Part shown: positions 28,310-36,192 of the stretch, one piece after another
Layout: each line of letters opens with the position of its first letter
Position numbering within the stretch: the stretch's first letter is position 1
IMG/VR virus record: IMGVR_UViG_3300021587_000025
Direction: 5' to 3' (one strand)
Source of the DNA: a virus
Length of the DNA: 49,594 bases
Position numbers and translations under genes: made by a program
Notes under the pieces: model-generated
What the model was told of the DNA's origin: nothing
What the model saw: the letters and a program-made list of their open reading frames with translations, nothing else
Databases searched by the model: none

Positions 28310-28873
28310 TTAAAGTCGTATTGTTATACTACCATCATCCGATTCAACAAACGGAGAATAGTATTCTTTCTTTTCCTGTTCCTCTTTCAAGCTCTTAGCA
28401 AATGTCTCAATCGGGGTGTCTCTAATATCATCAACCTCTTTCTTTATAGCATCAAGAGACTTCTGCAACTCCTCTATTGTACCCTGTAACTTCTCCTGTG
28501 ATTCTTTCATAGCTGATAGCTCCTGAGTAATCGAAGACTTCTCTTCTGTTTCATCCTCTGACTTCTTAGGGTATGGATATTTACCGGGATATGGATACTT
28601 TACTGGAAATGGATACTTACCCTCTTTAACACCCTTAATCCATTTCTTTATCTCTTCTCTTACTATCTTCCTGACATCAGCCTCTGTTAATGCCTTCTCT
28701 CTATTCTCCTTTAACTCCGGAAATATATCAGACCAATCAGCAAATGGGTCATCAGTTAACTCCTCTGTCTGTTCCTGTTCCTCTGTCTGTTCCTCGCTCT
28801 TAGATTCCTCTGCAACCTCTGGTGTCTCCTGTTCCTCTTCATTTTCCTCTTCATTTTTCTTTTCCTCTACCAT
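28310..28873 (-). CDS. Capsid scaffolding protein
   Basis: Acidic N-terminus, KYPFPVKYPYPGKYPYP repeat, coiled-coil C-terminus; position between protease and MCP. Confidence 0.7.
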   Translation of the reverse strand: MVEEKKNEEENEEEQETPEVAEESKSEEQTEEQEQTEELTDDPFADWSDIFPELKENREKALTEADVRKIVREEIKKWIKGVKEGKYPFPVKYPYPGKYPYPKKSEDETEEKSSITQELSAMKESQEKLQGTIEELQKSLDAIKKEVDDIRDTPIETFAKSLKEEQEKKEYYSPFVESDDGSITIRL

Positions 28874-28906
28874 AAATTTATCACCCTTTCAGATTCTTTT
28901 CTATCG

Positions 28907-29158
28907 TTATTTGGAGAGTGAAATATCTATATTGGAGACGTGGCGAGTCCTGTGGTCTTCATCTTCATACTTTGTATCGTAGATATTGACACTCCTAATT
29001 GAATAGCCATAGTCTCGTTCAGCTATCAATGCCACATCAACTGCCTTCTTCAAATTCGAACCACGAGCCTTTAAAATGCACTCCTTTGTCTTCAGTATGG
29101 CATATATATAATTAGCAATATTTTTTGTACCTATTTTCAACTCCTGTTCCATTTCCAA
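28907..29158 (-). CDS. alba: Alba-family DNA/RNA-binding protein
   Basis: 'LKIGTKNIANYIYAI...ILKARGSNLKKAVDVALI...HVSNIDISL' matches the Alba IG-x-K / KARG-x-x-I/L-x-x-AVDVA / VS-x-I signature. Confidence 0.85.
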   Translation of the reverse strand: MEMEQELKIGTKNIANYIYAILKTKECILKARGSNLKKAVDVALIAERDYGYSIRSVNIYDTKYEDEDHRTRHVSNIDISLSK

Positions 29159-29180
29159 TCCTATTGATTCAAACCTATAA

Positions 29181-30104
29181 TTATTTACTCAAAATCTCAA
29201 GCGAAGTATGTGGATTAGCTGGTGCTTCTGTAATCGAAGTCTCAATATAGTAAGTGTCACCAAGAATCTCCGAAATGCATCTATCTTTATTACAAACTTG
29301 CTTGATATTAGCTGCTGGATTCTTTATACCAAACTTTATACTAAAACCCCGTATCTCACCATTAAGTATTTTCTGTATTATTCGTTGTGCTACCGGGATG
29401 TCATTCCTGAGCTTAAAAATCAAATATAATTTATCACCAATTAATGCACTTTTTCTATTCTTATATTCCATAAGCATCTCACCGATACATGTAGAACTGT
29501 GATTATCATAGAGTCCTCGAAATTTCTTGGGAGTCTTCTTTATAGATTCCCAAATATCACGTAAAGCTTCTGGAGTTAATCGCTCATTCTCTAAATCTAC
29601 TGATGTATCACTAACAAAACCACCAATTACAAATTCTTTACTCTTCTCTATTATCTCACATGAAATATCATCGGAATTGCCTAAAGACATCTTGTGAACT
29701 ATCTCATTAGGAATACGCTCAACCTTTAAGCGATAGAGAGGATACCAATCCGTATAGCTACCAAATGGTTCATCATGGATGTGTAGATATTCGGGTGTAT
29801 CATCATAAGGAATACCAAACACAGCAGAAAACTGGCGATATAATCTAAATCTAACTGCCTCTTTGAGGATCTCTGGCATGTCAGCATCTCGCATGACTAA
29901 ATCAACATCAGCACCTTGACCCTGAGTAGCAACCGAACCAACTAAAAGAATAAAAGGGTCACGTATAAGAAAAGACTTAAAAAACTTATCTACTTCCTCA
30001 AGAGTGAAACGAGGAGGATTTCTACCAGAAGGTGGAGTAGGGGCATAATCTTCTTCATCTTTCAATCCTTCATAACTGAGCTTCCTTATCTCTTCCTTTT
30101 TCAT
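29181..30104 (-). CDS. Pol-beta-superfamily nucleotidyltransferase-like domain fused to a prohead maturation protease (HK97-type)
   Basis: N-half 'ILLVGSVATQGQGADVDLVMR' (GS...DxD). C-half 'VIGGFVSDTSVDLENERL...YDNHSSTCIGE...IRGFSIK...ETSITEAPANP'. Confidence 0.75.
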   Translation of the reverse strand: MKKEEIRKLSYEGLKDEEDYAPTPPSGRNPPRFTLEEVDKFFKSFLIRDPFILLVGSVATQGQGADVDLVMRDADMPEILKEAVRFRLYRQFSAVFGIPYDDTPEYLHIHDEPFGSYTDWYPLYRLKVERIPNEIVHKMSLGNSDDISCEIIEKSKEFVIGGFVSDTSVDLENERLTPEALRDIWESIKKTPKKFRGLYDNHSSTCIGEMLMEYKNRKSALIGDKLYLIFKLRNDIPVAQRIIQKILNGEIRGFSIKFGIKNPAANIKQVCNKDRCISEILGDTYYIETSITEAPANPHTSLEILSK

Positions 30105-30210
30105 TACTTTCTTCTTCTATCACATATAAACTATAACAAAACGGACAATATCCAAAAATACTTTTAGGGATACGTTTCAATTCTATATGACACAAAGGAC
30201 ACTCTTCCAT
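30070..30210 (-). CDS. Small zinc-ribbon protein (46 aa, not in the ORF track)
   Basis: Manual translation MEECPLCHIELKRIPKSIFGYCPFCYSLYVIEEESNEKGRDKEAQL; two CxxC pairs; starts 2 nt after the upstream stop. Confidence 0.6.
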   Translation of the reverse strand: MEECPLCHIELKRIPKSIFGYCPFCYSLYVIEEESNEKGRDKEAQL

Positions 30211-30212
30211 AT

Positions 30213-31223
30213 CTAAAATATGACCTCTTTTATGTCAAGAATCCCTATTACCTTATCTCTATCTACAACTACAAGTTGGTCAACATCATTATCTCGCATT
30301 AACTGTGCAGCATCTGCGACTGTTTCATTTACATCAATCACAAGTGGATTCTTATTCATAAATTCAGATATCTTCCTCTGCATGTCGAATTCTTCTCTGC
30401 TTCCTATAAGTCTCTTCAAATCACCAGCAGTGAATACACCTTTCAATTGACCATCATCAGAACTAACTGCAACAGCCCCACCTTTATTTGCAATCATAAG
30501 AGCCAAGCAGTAATCTAAGCTATCAGTTTCCTTCACTACTAAATTTCTATTTATATTACGTGTAGCAACTGGTTTAAGCATTTCAATATCCATCTTGAAA
30601 GTCTCTGTTCCTTTATCAGTCAATGGATGATAAAACATCTGTGCTAATATATTGGGACGAATAGTAACTGCATCTGCACCTATCATATAGGATTTAATGA
30701 CATGCTGTGGATGACGAATGCTTGAAGACATGACCTTAGTCTCTTCACCATTCACCATGAACGAAGACTTAATAATCTCAAGATTCTCTATAGCATCGTG
30801 ACCTATATCATCAAGCCTACCTATTAATGGACAGATGTACGTAGATTTAACCGTAGCAGCTAATAAGGCTTGACTAACAGAATAAATCAAATGTAAATTT
30901 GTTTTGATACCAACTGAAAGTAATCGCTGCGTAAGTCTAAGCCCATCTTCTGAAAATGGTATCTTAAAGACCAATTCATTATCCTTAGTATCATCACTTA
31001 ACTTTACTGCATTATCAAACATCTCATCAACATTTGCTCCAGTTGCTTCAAGATGAATCTCACCATCAGACATTCTCTTTCTGATTTCTAATACCATCTG
31101 TTTATCATCAGACACACCAGCCCTTCGCTGAAATGTAGGATTAGTTGTAACTCCTTGGATTATACCCAAATTATAATAATATTCAATAGCATCAAGATCA
31201 ACAGAATCTAAAAATATCAACAT
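30213..31223 (-). CDS. Transaldolase/fructose-6-phosphate aldolase (TalC/FSA) domain fused to a CBS-domain pair
   Basis: 'IFLDS...GVTTNPT...VFKIP...PLIGRLDDIG...SSIRHP' (Schiff-base Lys in FKIP), followed by 'LKGVFTAGDL...MNKNPLVI...LVVVDRDKVIGIL' CBS repeats. Confidence 0.85.
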   Translation of the reverse strand: MLIFLDSVDLDAIEYYYNLGIIQGVTTNPTFQRRAGVSDDKQMVLEIRKRMSDGEIHLEATGANVDEMFDNAVKLSDDTKDNELVFKIPFSEDGLRLTQRLLSVGIKTNLHLIYSVSQALLAATVKSTYICPLIGRLDDIGHDAIENLEIIKSSFMVNGEETKVMSSSIRHPQHVIKSYMIGADAVTIRPNILAQMFYHPLTDKGTETFKMDIEMLKPVATRNINRNLVVKETDSLDYCLALMIANKGGAVAVSSDDGQLKGVFTAGDLKRLIGSREEFDMQRKISEFMNKNPLVIDVNETVADAAQLMRDNDVDQLVVVDRDKVIGILDIKEVIF

Positions 31224-31235
31224 TTTATCTTATTT

Positions 31236-32024
31236 CTAACAAGAATGTAATGCGTCCCAAACAGGTTTAACAGCCTGTATTAACTTCTCAAATTCTGAAA
31301 ATGATAATTGAGTAGCATTATCACAACGAGCATACATAGGACAAGGATGACATTCGATAAATAGACCATCAGCACCTGCAGCTATCATAGCTTTTGATAG
31401 AGTAGATGCATAATACTTCATGCCTCCTTGAAGAGAATGAGAGGGAATACCATATCTTCTAACTGTATGACCTGCATCGAAATAAACAGGAAAGCCAAAC
31501 TGTTTCAATTCATAGACACTACGAGGATCAACAACTAAATCATGATAGCCAAACATTGTGCCTCGCTCTGTAATCATAATCTTATCGTTTCCACATCTTC
31601 TGATTTTTTCTATAATATGTCCAACATCCAAAGGAGCTAAGAATTGCCCTTTCTTAATATTTATTGGTTTCTTAAATGATGCCATACGCTTTGTTAATTC
31701 TGTTTGCATACAAAGAAAAGCGGGTAACTGAAAAACATCTATAATCTTGACCAAATCAGTATCAAATTCATATAGATTATGAAAATCTGTAAGAAGCGTT
31801 AGATTGAATTCATCTTTTAGCTTCTCAAATATCCTAATGCTTTCCTCAATAGATAGACCTGAAAAATACTTAAGACTTGTTCGATTATCCTTCTTAAAGG
31901 AAGATTTGTATATTAAATTGAAATCATATTTCTCGCTCATCTTAACTAAGAATTCGGCTGTTTCTAATGAAATATTCTCAGACTCTAATACACAATTACC
32001 TGCAATTATATTTAATTTCTTCAT
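31236..32024 (-). CDS. kdsA: KdsA-like 3-deoxy-ulosonate-phosphate synthase (metal-dependent type) with altered substrate motifs; start likely 32024 rather than 32078
   Basis: IAGNCVLES, KSSFKKDNRTS, QLPAFLCMQT, NIKKGQF, TERG, FDAGH, FIECHP, CDN; ATGA overlap with the upstream stop supports the 32024 start. Confidence 0.85.
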   Translation of the reverse strand: MKKLNIIAGNCVLESENISLETAEFLVKMSEKYDFNLIYKSSFKKDNRTSLKYFSGLSIEESIRIFEKLKDEFNLTLLTDFHNLYEFDTDLVKIIDVFQLPAFLCMQTELTKRMASFKKPINIKKGQFLAPLDVGHIIEKIRRCGNDKIMITERGTMFGYHDLVVDPRSVYELKQFGFPVYFDAGHTVRRYGIPSHSLQGGMKYYASTLSKAMIAAGADGLFIECHPCPMYARCDNATQLSFSEFEKLIQAVKPVWDALHSC

Positions 32025-32590
32025 TTTCTTCCTACTATAAGATGATATGGGAAATGAAAACGACCTGGCTGATACCATTCATTTTCTATATAAAATCCAA
32101 TATCTGTCATCATCTTCTTTACTTCATCACCCTTTATATTAAAATGTTTATGAAATGCAGATGCACTACTCTTTTCCTCCTTTTCAGGATGAGATAAAAC
32201 TAATAGTCCTCCGGAATAAAGTGTATTATAAAATTTTTGACACGTTTCAAATATAGGTATATCTAAATGTTCAATAGTCTCGAAACTAACTATCACATCA
32301 AAATTTCCTAAAGGTGTTAAATCAGTATTTAAATCAAATCGCTGGAATGAAATATTCTCGGCAATCCAGTATTTCTTGGCGTAATCTATTGCTTCCTGTG
32401 AATAATCAACTCCTAAAACGGTATCTGCTTCTTTAGATAGAATATTTGAACCATACCCACATCCACACGCAGCATCTAAAACACTCTGGTCTCTGGAATA
32501 TCTTCGAGCAAATAAATATCTTTCAACATGTTTTATCTCTATATCTTCTATTCTTTCACCTATCTGACGTTCTCCATTCCATCCATCCAT
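32021..32590 (-). CDS. Class I SAM-dependent methyltransferase
   Basis: 'HVERY...VLDAACGCGYGS...LGVDYSQEAI...DVIVSFETIEHL'. Confidence 0.85.
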   Translation of the reverse strand: MDGWNGERQIGERIEDIEIKHVERYLFARRYSRDQSVLDAACGCGYGSNILSKEADTVLGVDYSQEAIDYAKKYWIAENISFQRFDLNTDLTPLGNFDVIVSFETIEHLDIPIFETCQKFYNTLYSGGLLVLSHPEKEEKSSASAFHKHFNIKGDEVKKMMTDIGFYIENEWYQPGRFHFPYHLIVGRK

Positions 32591-32615
32591 TTTTACTTCC
32601 TAATTGAGCTCTCAT

Positions 32616-33263
32616 CTACATCATACGTGAAATACATTCTGCTATCATTAATTCATCCATTGTATCAATATCCCAACCTTCAAGCATATCCACAATCTTG
32701 ATATAAGGATTAAATCCAATCCTTCTTTTATGCTTTTTAAATAAATCCTTTGAAAATATATAGAGTCCTGAAGTTTCTTGTATAACTGGTTTTAAATCCT
32801 GAGTTCTTGGCACGTTATCTAACTCATAATTCAAAGGTCTACCATCAAACCAACAAAAAGAATAAAGTTCAGTAGCTAAAAATGCAGAGTCGTAATCTCC
32901 TGTCTCTATTTTATTAATCATATCCTGAATAGTCTCGGACTTAATAAACGGAGAAGTGCAGCTTAGAAATACAATGTAATCACCGTCTATATCATCTATT
33001 ATACTTTCAAGAATATCATTAAATGTAATATTATCTCCATCAAGATAAGAAGGTCTTTCAATAAACAAATATTTTAAATCTGAATCAATGTAATTTCGAA
33101 TACGTTCCTGACTACAATACAGGATAGTTTCAGAAATACTATCAACTTGATTAAGAATAGATATCGCTTTACTTACGAGAGGAACACCATTAATTTCTCT
33201 TATGCTCTTAAACGGAACTCGCTTGCTATTCAGCCTAACCGTAACATAACCTATAAATTTCAT
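32616..33263 (-). CDS. CMP-ulosonate synthetase (NeuA/CMP-KDN-type cytidylyltransferase)
   Basis: 'VRLNSKRVPFKSI...LSCTSPF...ETSGLYIF...DIDTMDEL'; has the NeuA-type TSPF motif, not the KdsB QGDEP motif. Confidence 0.85.
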   Translation of the reverse strand: MKFIGYVTVRLNSKRVPFKSIREINGVPLVSKAISILNQVDSISETILYCSQERIRNYIDSDLKYLFIERPSYLDGDNITFNDILESIIDDIDGDYIVFLSCTSPFIKSETIQDMINKIETGDYDSAFLATELYSFCWFDGRPLNYELDNVPRTQDLKPVIQETSGLYIFSKDLFKKHKRRIGFNPYIKIVDMLEGWDIDTMDELMIAECISRMM

Positions 33264-33949
33264 ACTATGTCTTCTAATCTTTCTCGCTTGAATACTTCTA
33301 ATTTCCCACCAACTGTAGCATTGATAATCTCTCTACCATCTGCCTCAAAGGCTCTCTTACATATCTCATAACCATAAAAAATATCAGACCAGTCATCAAG
33401 AACTCCACGCCCACCTATATTATCAGTAATCGAGCCATCGAATCTATGCAGACCAGAATAGTCACAATCACAACCAAGAAGATACACTTTATCGAAGCCC
33501 ATGTAATAAGCAACTTGCAAGCATATATCAATTATGATTGTCTCACCAAGATAAGCACCACGAACTATGTCTTTAGAGATATCTCCTGCTGTCCATATCC
33601 TTCCCAATTCACGAATAATGTAAACCTCCGCTTTTTGCCTATCTCCCACATGCCTACCATTTCTAAGATATAAATCCGCAGCTCCAGATGATAAAAAGAG
33701 AATTGTATCTAAACTAAGAATATTTTGATAATGATTTTCCCAGACCATGTAATCTGAGACAGCGTAATATTTGCATTTTATTTTGAATTTCTCTAAACCT
33801 GTATAGAGTGTATTGACTCCAAAAATTATCTCGTCTTTTATTAAACTGAAATTTGTCTTATTCAGAGATGGACCAGTACCTACTATAAAACACCGTTCAC
33901 CTTTATGAATATCCTTAAATTTTTTAAGAGCTTCCCCTCGCTTCCACAT
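33260..33949 (-). CDS. DUF115/MptE-like (Maf/sialyltransferase-like) protein, putative CMP-ulosonate transferase
   Basis: 'FKDIHKGERCFIVGTGPSL...IFGVN...AYYMGFDKVYLLGCD'. Confidence 0.75.
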   Translation of the reverse strand: MWKRGEALKKFKDIHKGERCFIVGTGPSLNKTNFSLIKDEIIFGVNTLYTGLEKFKIKCKYYAVSDYMVWENHYQNILSLDTILFLSSGAADLYLRNGRHVGDRQKAEVYIIRELGRIWTAGDISKDIVRGAYLGETIIIDICLQVAYYMGFDKVYLLGCDCDYSGLHRFDGSITDNIGGRGVLDDWSDIFYGYEICKRAFEADGREIINATVGGKLEVFKRERLEDIV

Positions 33950-34256
33950 ACTCCTTCACAGAACTAAAAGCTCTGTCATCAATAATAACATGATAAACTG
34001 GCTTGTTTATATCGAGGATGTGATATTTAACTCCCCAATTCTTTAATTGTTGTCTTGTAATATTCCATACATCTTTGTGTCTGAAAACTCCTCTTGCTGT
34101 CCATAAAACAATTGTATTGCCTTCATCATATAACTTATTTATTAATCTTATAGCTTCAGGATTAGGTACAGCTTTATCAAAGTCCGGACCCAAATCCTCA
34201 AGTGTTATCACACCATCTATATCAATTGCAATTATTTTCTTCATAGATATCATCAA
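33924..34256 (-). CDS. Small capless HAD phosphatase (capsular/sugar-phosphate type)
   Basis: 'IAIDIDGVI' (DxD), 'WTARG', 'KPVYHVIIDDRA'. Confidence 0.85.
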   Translation of the reverse strand: MMISMKKIIAIDIDGVITLEDLGPDFDKAVPNPEAIRLINKLYDEGNTIVLWTARGVFRHKDVWNITRQQLKNWGVKYHILDINKPVYHVIIDDRAFSSVKEYVEARGSS

Positions 34257-34258
34257 AA

Positions 34259-34429
34259 TTAACTTAAACTGTAATAATACTCTCCGTAGTCATCTATTGC
34301 ATAATCATCTATATCCATTCGTACATAGGGCAAAGAAGACTTTTCAATAGGTGCATAAATTCCATCCTTTGTACGTTCAAGAAATTTTATATATACATTA
34401 TATTCTTCAAGATACTCTTCTTCCTTCAT
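34259..34429 (-). CDS. Small acidic Tyr-rich protein (56 aa, not in the ORF track)
   Basis: Manual translation MKEEEYLEEYNVYIKFLERTKDGIYAPIEKSSLPYVRMDIDDYAIDDYGEYYYSLS; stop lies 2 nt before the next ATG. Confidence 0.5.
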   Translation of the reverse strand: MKEEEYLEEYNVYIKFLERTKDGIYAPIEKSSLPYVRMDIDDYAIDDYGEYYYSLS

Positions 34430-34474
34430 GAGACGTCCATATATACACCTACAATCAATTTTTATATATCACCC

Positions 34475-34513
34475 AATATAAATGTATACCTAATCAAAAA
34501 TATTTCGTTCACG
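34475..34513. promoter_or_regulatory. Partial copy of the intergenic element, inverted relative to copy 1
   Basis: The reverse complement CGTGAACGAAATATTTTTGATTAGGTATACATTTATATT matches 18312..18350 (CGTGAACAAAATATTTTTACTTATCCTATACTTTATATT) at 28 of 39 positions ungapped. Confidence 0.45.
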
Positions 34514-34518
34514 CTTAT

Positions 34519-35244
34519 CTATTTGCGTCTCCTTAAATCTCTACGAATAATCTCTCGTACTGCTTCCTCTACACCAAACTTTGTATCATTTTTATTGAAC
34601 ACTATATCCTTAAATGGACATGTAACTGGTCTTGCATCATTTTCAGGACATACACCCAAGGTCACTCCTCGACACCAAATGTGTTCAAAAATTGTAGGAT
34701 AAGCGTCTAAGCAAAGTTTATACATTTTCTTAGCGAGTTCTCTCATTTCAGGAGCTGCACGTACACATAACCTAAGCATAAAGAAATTAATTAAACTTCG
34801 AACATTCATAGTAACTACATAACGAGTATGTAATGCCATTGGTAATACATATCTTGCTTCTTCTCTTTTGAATCCAATAACTCGGAGTTGTTTATACGCA
34901 TCATTTGCTCGCTCCATTGCTCTCTTATAAGCCTTAAGTGCATTTTTATCTCGCTTTATCTCACGAGGAATATAGTATCCAAAACTGTCTTCTTCATTGT
35001 ATCTTGTACTTCTTGCGGTATGAGAAGCTATCCTATGTTCTAATAACTCTCTACTCAATGCAACACTTATGTCCTCAATATCGAATGTGAAATAGATATG
35101 TTCAAGAACCGAACTATAATCATTATCAACAATCATCTTAGCTATTGACTGAGTATCTACTTTATCTGAAAAACCACTAACTCTTGCAGCATTAGCAATT
35201 AATTCCAAACCATCTTTAGTCACTCTCAATAAGTTTACCCTCAT
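34519..35244 (-). CDS. thyX: Flavin-dependent thymidylate synthase ThyX (divergent signature)
   Basis: 'SVLEHIYFTFDI', 'EHRIASHTARSTRY', 'EEARYVLP', 'MNVRSLINFFMLRLCVRAAPEMRELA'. Confidence 0.85.
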   Translation of the reverse strand: MRVNLLRVTKDGLELIANAARVSGFSDKVDTQSIAKMIVDNDYSSVLEHIYFTFDIEDISVALSRELLEHRIASHTARSTRYNEEDSFGYYIPREIKRDKNALKAYKRAMERANDAYKQLRVIGFKREEARYVLPMALHTRYVVTMNVRSLINFFMLRLCVRAAPEMRELAKKMYKLCLDAYPTIFEHIWCRGVTLGVCPENDARPVTCPFKDIVFNKNDTKFGVEEAVREIIRRDLRRRK

Positions 35245-35253
35245 ACTTTGATT

Positions 35254-36183
35254 TTATCCACCAACACTCATACAACATTTACACGGAAAATCTGGATCAG
35301 ATAGCTTCAAACCCGTTGCCTTATCAACAAAATCTTTACGCTTTTCTCCATTCCAAATTTCCTTAATTGATTGTTTCCTCAGATTACCCCAAACAGGCTT
35401 GCAAGAATACAACATACAGCAAGGCAGCACGTCCAAGTTATACAATACATGCAACCCACTAATAAATCGCCAACATGAAAATGAATGATATTTATCAATA
35501 GCACGATAGAAATTATTAGCAGCTTTCCATTCCTCCATTTTTACTTCACCTGCTCTATTATGAAATCGGTAATAATCAAGTTTCACATTTGCAGGATTAA
35601 GATTATTTTCTTTGAAAATCTTGACCCAGTATTCATGATAGTCTTCTTCCGTAAAATACACTAAACTTCCATCAATAGACGCTCCACTTCCTCTCAGAAT
35701 CGTAATCAACTGACCATCATTAATCATTAAATACTCAATTATGTTATTTAGCGTCTGAGCGTAATTTTTTCTTCTCATTAAAGTTTCATAGGTTTCCTTA
35801 TTTATTGCATGATGAGAAATCCATATATGAGATCTGCGAGATTTATCGTTTTTAGTAATCACTTCAACAAGTTGTTCTGCAAGTTTAGGAGTAAGTTTCA
35901 TTGCATTTGTAGAGACTTCAATACTACATTTAGGAAAATATTTGAATGCCAATTCTATGCGCTCAATCAATTTTTCATCAAGTGTTGGTTCATTCATCAG
36001 ATAAGGACAGAATTGACCATCGAAATTAGGCTGAGCTTCTTTTATTCGTTCTAAAACCAATACATAATCTTCATCACTCATCTTGCCCGGATACTTCTTC
36101 ATCCATGAATAGCTTGCAGGACAGAATACACAATTTCCATTACAACCAGAAACAGTTTGAACCTGAATTAAATTGAATTTCAT
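35254..36183 (-). CDS. Radical SAM enzyme with a SPASM/twitch domain
   Basis: CNGNCVFC (CxxxCxxC), YLMNEP, STNA, NRAG, and C-terminal 'CWR...LPCC...GNLRKQSIKEIWNG...CKCC'. Confidence 0.9.
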   Translation of the reverse strand: MKFNLIQVQTVSGCNGNCVFCPASYSWMKKYPGKMSDEDYVLVLERIKEAQPNFDGQFCPYLMNEPTLDEKLIERIELAFKYFPKCSIEVSTNAMKLTPKLAEQLVEVITKNDKSRRSHIWISHHAINKETYETLMRRKNYAQTLNNIIEYLMINDGQLITILRGSGASIDGSLVYFTEEDYHEYWVKIFKENNLNPANVKLDYYRFHNRAGEVKMEEWKAANNFYRAIDKYHSFSCWRFISGLHVLYNLDVLPCCMLYSCKPVWGNLRKQSIKEIWNGEKRKDFVDKATGLKLSDPDFPCKCCMSVGG

Positions 36184-36192
36184 CTTATCACC

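Noticed and set aside
30213-32024. Calling the CBS fusion KdsD, or the synthase NeuB
   Set aside because: The catalytic domain has transaldolase motifs (GVTTNPT, FKIP), not SIS; the synthase has KdsA motifs and lacks the NeuB/SAF features.
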